38,373 nt of DNA, from positions 1 to 38,373 of the IMG/VR virus record IMGVR_UViG_3300044724_000147. One strand, written 5' to 3'. How positions within the stretch are numbered: the first letter of the stretch is position 1; the number at the start of each line of letters is the position of its first letter. This document shows, one piece after another, positions 37,001 to 38,373 of this stretch. The notes beneath the pieces were generated by a model. The model was not told the origin of the DNA. It did not search any database and saw nothing but the letters and a program-made list of their open reading frames with translations. This stretch comes from a virus. Taxonomy: Duplodnaviria; Caudoviricetes. The position numbers and the translations under genes are program-made.

Positions 37001-37396
37001 CGTGTGTATGAAGAGGGTCTTACTGAAGAGATCATTCGTGAGGTGCCGTTCGTAAGGAAAGCACTAGGAAGCGTTAGTGAGCGTGAAGACTATGGCAGCT
37101 TTGTAGAGAAGCGTGAGAAGATACTTGTTGTTGGTAACGAACTTCGTGATGCAATAAAGACTGGAGATCGTGAGAGATTACAGACAGCCAGAACAAAGTA
37201 TGCAGAAGAGGTTGCGCTGCTACCTCGCATCAAGGCTATCGATAATGCAATCAGGAAAGTCAGTCGTCAGATAAACCAAGTCAAAGACAACAAGCGTTTA
37301 CCCGACAGCCAACGTGATCTTCTTATTGAGAGACTGAGTGAGCGAAAGCAAATGCTAATAGCTCGTGGCAATATGATGATGAAAGATTATCAATAA
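28010..37396 (+). CDS. giant (3128 aa) polyvalent internal virion protein with LPD38-like C-terminus
   Basis: GAGG RBS; Gly-rich hydrophobic N-region; HEVIH...EEAIAE zincin motif; further enzyme-like domains; C-terminal RN.TVNF.KGG...YLFYNAS.QG...IPMPYG pattern. Confidence 0.85.
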   Translation: MGVITVQGPISGRPYSINISGDAPTPTEQARIDEYLTQSEAPYAAMSERLFGETQGDPLAEDPEPEGGFGTAVGMGVDQLQKAYGSTLEGIGSISGLKSLQNYGESVIDANEQQIAEKAQALTRREDIDSVGDALSFYAETLGQQVPQLGVSLSGAYAGAKVGGVIGGVPGAVAGGLIGGALANFPYFFGSNALAQKDAIDRGLRVEMNYGAAALTAIPQAALDSIVDRLLIGKVLNPKIISSGGIFTRAAKGVGAGTIAEVPTEIGQEVLNRYQAGLPIGDEEALKVYEDVAIAAGLTGGTVRGATNIIGGDIGAKIDEEEKFKQIGEDAVEDAARTQENINRIKESEQREDEDITVDPLAEQQRLDRIKELATGKYTPSLPAPMPQETDRLSPQEEMITLGQAAREATLPFNPVPMSQIPLNERQLIQRTRRAQGTDETAPATLDELRRIVGENAATREASKQKPVSSGTARYQPVENKSFTQDQFDRAVQEIKAQKKYTFPAIQKAVRATGVSRVPRSMVLDIRDEMVNRGYLRRSDKAANGYAVEPDVESVSDEIASYRKTVSDLTKQIETSKRERVGVLEESRRADQVENNPRKARELNLRADEIESQIGQAEQAIAETEDRIARGPQSTMLPTTERPSGVVSRAKMAVEVDSPQSEGQIDALRQTVVNYDAEIKAQKKNLAQLKRQSKKVNLPRLEQGVISEIEADIEQKTYLKEAAEARLAAPSSPVQVAPEKAQGSVARKVANRAVNTTRKTAFNDQRQRVFNALRQRLNKLGLPDVQLTAEKVIAPELLQDASPRFAEGAFTATEANTKHNIPANRIIALSMETADPSKSAQEQFDILKSVMNHEVIHALKNLGVFSDAEWNSLTKFAANRKYVHIKNGKPVERKYTYLDRAKSMYQGMGLNDASIEEEAIAEVFRDYADGKIKVAGRPRTLLERIKNFFNAIFRANQDAGFNSVEDIFDNVKSGNIGRRERVIADPTDTVEAQSRAYSIKQFSPVLPVAPEGTRSHQLPHELLIRGNGTEPIVSITQKYAPTNAAENNSSIEQIIQNNPDALMSVDGWMKAMQEGLGGDFIPAPPLVAIEYSRNPQAMADKLAKLTPELRKGVDEGFKFVDQIRDIYESGQATPRMTLDLFVWGILSRGAGPVQQEGAFIDVIDSAYPLLEKATREPLTEDDVDRWMTTVSSVIPEGSPGKQVTMNVNAAAKLIKGMSQYVGDTGRTVLDVMHEGMSDPNVSAANIREAFMSSEAGQIDNKVVSFILLVSGKDDVLVMDRIQGRHLWDDGRYGGANIYDGINGKAKDGLNKVVKGPVGNLMTRLLENGMRKNVQKAYELAGRPQDASLGRWHWETWVIEGEQVVNHGTLQAVINGSPIGTSVTEGKTDTFSSGMTYIRGENATVVEYPLSDGGVVYMSPVRFKDFTSELAKDAGRKNSKTKVFKSGNFKVTARADIPWFERKEVDREALDNLAREYQNAKPNGSILRGDERVGEGKDASRRGNSPIDRRYSLGFLRTEGVRSEPQGGRRGRDQTGRLAPLEGAPTVEGAAGPDENLVLVAEQYARENGIDLRRQSEFVVVDETRAGRIAQAYEDMENAPQDPEVQEAYQNLIAQTKAQYDALIDNGYEFTFFDANTDPYDGNPWNAMRDLRANKRMAVYGTYDGYGTEGITQRELDDNPMLQDTGLRWKDQNGVERPVTANDLFRAVHDAFGHGLEGAGFRARGEENAWQAHVRLFTGSAIPAITSETRGQNSWLNYGPFGETNRTAQLEDTVFAEQKTGLMPAFTWQEGIAGSVEPTIEEEFEGASIVDNLPASDRSSIEQLLEGQPMTSKTSFSVAPANPNELVAAPVKNKDGSTTPVFGSIMDRGKLIPVVLPAGEHTVFEQDRRTTEAGRGLYHIKQRGHERELMRFSKYKKAENAMYDLLRRWQNQGYEDGTDVIGYPSRGGFVLEWKNNIPFSAPSMQLVLKPRKMGSGYVYDIQTFFPDLAKKDRAIVDGRTRYSVAAATDSAAFFDDAALRQAANQNDRSREILSTMPIQNFLSAALSGRSVEKESAIEQLLRSGEKFESVPMLYVRNNGDGTGTVSGHEGRHRARALENLGYTEMPVRIISQGGDGPAIRWGQQNNISSFDYVPPEQRPSVLIGEDGDTVPMPDVTYSTPNNRYSLAPVQYSMNTLAGQVQQKEIDINYARASDFIAKGLGVVMPKDRAQAKADTILRKFQDNMLPVGRMIQELKAEGLNITDAMDTYLREELYHGVVGNEVTARQETIYKDAVDAVSEINITEAQMNQLKALSDANAKGAKGFVSQALETARSNRSVVADAYLYAKHAKERNAYVRSINPNNDSGSGMTDAEANAILTWFSGLDTQNSISLGKLDRSVRAIVQDTNQVRRDSGLIPDDFGEIELEDGTVVQRSDYSDYVPLRGKIDPENEVTDPSRPPRGAPFGARGREDPRITGRYDYAESILETTMVQNQNSIARGERNKVGQSFLELLRADPEKTKGYATILDALPKKEVVQGRKVMLKTDTMAYLDPFIYTVKENGKDVYVRLEDENVAKALKGDDGVGAGALAPVVRGMGKINRYLSNINTSYNPEFFITNLLRDLQTAGVNIGQYEEKGLTKQIIKDVASALKGIKRSIRDGDDSSEWSKYYKDFVDAGGQNATNQMNTVQDQMDNVRSLLGEISDQGLQGKWNSVKNSFIGKKTGSLFNMIENYNTIVENGIRVATYKAMLDRGFSRDRAAQAARNVTVNFAKGGEYKQFMNAFYLFYNASLQGSFALLNAALKSKKVQRMWAGVIAAGLLQDQINGLVSGEDEDGRKIYDKIPPYILEHNLILMDPFNTFSDRGYIAIPMPYGLNMAHNIGRATSQALRGGTSPAKATSSIVGTIVDTINPLGGTESFVNFVSPTVLDPFVDVLENEDFSKKPIYKEGYPGDMTPNSQKYWSTTNPSAIWVSNMLNDMTGGTASMSGFVDLNPDVMNFWLEYATGGAGRFVQRAAELPFRVYEEGLTEEIIREVPFVRKALGSVSEREDYGSFVEKREKILVVGNELRDAIKTGDRERLQTARTKYAEEVALLPRIKAIDNAIRKVSRQINQVKDNKRLPDSQRDLLIERLSERKQMLIARGNMMMKDYQ
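31154..31167. promoter_or_regulatory. intragenic palindromic site AGTTCAATTGAACA
   Basis: 1 mismatch to the consensus. Confidence 0.55.
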
Positions 37397-37410
37397 GTTC
37401 AATTGAACTT
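37395..37410. promoter_or_regulatory. perfect 16-bp palindrome AAGTTCAATTGAACTT at the convergent gene junction
   Basis: Overlaps the + strand TAA (37394-37396) and the - strand TGA (37399-37401). Confidence 0.8.
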
Positions 37411-37911
37411 TTCAAGACGTTTGATTGTGTAGTATGCCCAAAGCTTTTCAAGTGGGTATAACTTGTCTTGATCTAGAACTGACCCTACGCCATGACCCAA
37501 ATCCATAAGTGTGCTTTGCTTTTCAAACATTTTTTTAGAGCAGTAACCTGCAACATTAAATGTATTTTCTTCTTGCTTACAAACTAAGATTGAACAGTCT
37601 GCCTTGAACGACTCAAGACTTTTAAATAATAGTCTTCCCTTGGGATAGAAGGTAGACTTAACATCTATTGATATATCTCCAAGCCACATATCTTCGCCGC
37701 TATCCACACCAAGTTGGAATGGATTATGCTCTATATCAAATACTTTAGCGACACATATCTCAGCTTGTATGCCAAGAAAATCAAGATCATTATCGTCACG
37801 ACCCTGATCTCTTCTTTGATTAACAACTCCAGAAGCTCTGGCAAGCTGCCACCTAAAGGTAGCTGCTTGCTTGCAATGTGATATTTCTTTAGGGGTCAGT
37901 TTCACTAGCAC
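37399..37911 (-). CDS. PD-(D/E)XK nuclease-like hypothetical protein
   Basis: G..AE..VA helix, then D.GED......IDVKST, matching the E...D...(D/E)xK layout. Confidence 0.6.
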   Translation of the reverse strand: MLVKLTPKEISHCKQAATFRWQLARASGVVNQRRDQGRDDNDLDFLGIQAEICVAKVFDIEHNPFQLGVDSGEDMWLGDISIDVKSTFYPKGRLLFKSLESFKADCSILVCKQEENTFNVAGYCSKKMFEKQSTLMDLGHGVGSVLDQDKLYPLEKLWAYYTIKRLEKFN

Positions 37912-38083
37912 GATTTTTATCTATCCACTCTAATATCTCTGAATACTTCCAGCGTCTTGCGTTCTTCCCGAAAACAATTGCCTTTGGGAAATTCTCTGAC
38001 TGTCTTATAATTTGCTGAACGGTTTTAATATGCAGTGACATCATCTCTGCGAGGCCGTTCGTATCAATTAGCTTTTCTTCCAT
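37889..38083 (-). CDS. AlpA/excisionase-like HTH DNA-binding protein
   Basis: LID...LAEMMSL..KTV......NFPKAI..G....RW...EI.EW. Confidence 0.8.
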   Translation of the reverse strand: MEEKLIDTNGLAEMMSLHIKTVQQIIRQSENFPKAIVFGKNARRWKYSEILEWIDKNRASETDP

Positions 38084-38373
38084 GACTTAAAGTCCTCTCT
38101 TAATTTCTCGAACTTATCACGAGCATCAGGTTTATCTCTGAACTCTGATCTTGATTTGATGCCACAGTATTTTCGCACGACTTCTACTGCTGCATTCTCA
38201 ATTTTAAATGGGTCGATGTCACCGATTAACCCAACGCCATGTAGGTACTCACCGAACTGTTGATTACGGCACAGTAAACCTGCCGATGCAATCAGCCTCT
38301 CAATGTACTGATGTTCTTCCCGTGTTTCTATTTCATCCGTTTCATTCAAACGAACCATAGCTACCATGTAGCG
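38068..38373 (-). CDS. hypothetical protein (probably 5'-truncated at window edge)
   Basis: Frame is open to the window end (RYMVAMVR...); AGLLCRN..F and YCGIKSRSE motifs. Confidence 0.7.
   Translation of the reverse strand, partial: RYMVAMVRLNETDEIETREEHQYIERLIASAGLLCRNQQFGEYLHGVGLIGDIDPFKIENAAVEVVRKYCGIKSRSEFRDKPDARDKFEKLREDFKSWKKS

Noticed and set aside
575-37035. Many 60-180-aa antisense and off-frame ORFs in the track
   Set aside because: They lie within tightly coupled + strand genes and show no recognisable motifs; they look like codon-bias shadows.
28010-37396. Giant protein as an N4- or crAss-like virion RNA polymerase, or as an intein host
   Set aside because: I could not find single-subunit RNAP motifs, a DxDGD motif or intein splice-junction motifs by eye. 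A profile search is needed to exclude them fully.
5117-37410. Palindrome as a host LexA (SOS) box
   Set aside because: The arrangement is GTTC-N4-GAAC, the reverse of the Gram-positive GAAC-N4-GTTC and unlike the alphaproteobacterial GTTC-N7-GTTC direct repeat.
1-38373. tRNA, rRNA, integrase or IS elements
   Set aside because: No cloverleaf, rRNA-like, recombinase or transposase signatures were seen; intergenic space is minimal.

Overview
Virion morphogenesis arm of a tailed dsDNA phage, apparently a marine podovirus (short tail, no tape measure or sheath gene, large ejection proteins). The + strand carries, in order: portal (5'-truncated), a GroES-like co-chaperonin, scaffold, capsid decoration and major capsid genes, a cluster of small Lys/Arg-rich genes, adaptor and tail/fibre genes including three tandem beta-propeller paralogues, a nozzle, a holin/GH19 lysis cassette, a GNAT-like gene and ejection proteins. 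It ends in a 3128-aa polyvalent protein that meets, head-on, three - strand genes (nuclease-like, AlpA-like HTH, truncated hypothetical). Four signals are not explained by the gene list. (1) A 14-bp palindrome, AGTTCAATTGAACT, recurs about 9 times every 3-8 kb, at module boundaries and inside coding sequence. (2) The giant protein reads as a string of enzyme-like domains separated by a recurring (R)YS(L/V/I) junction motif. (3) A kissing-loop RNA leader follows the capsid terminator. (4) A 22-bp junction repeat brackets one propeller gene as a cassette. All functional calls are by motif recognition only; no database searches were run.
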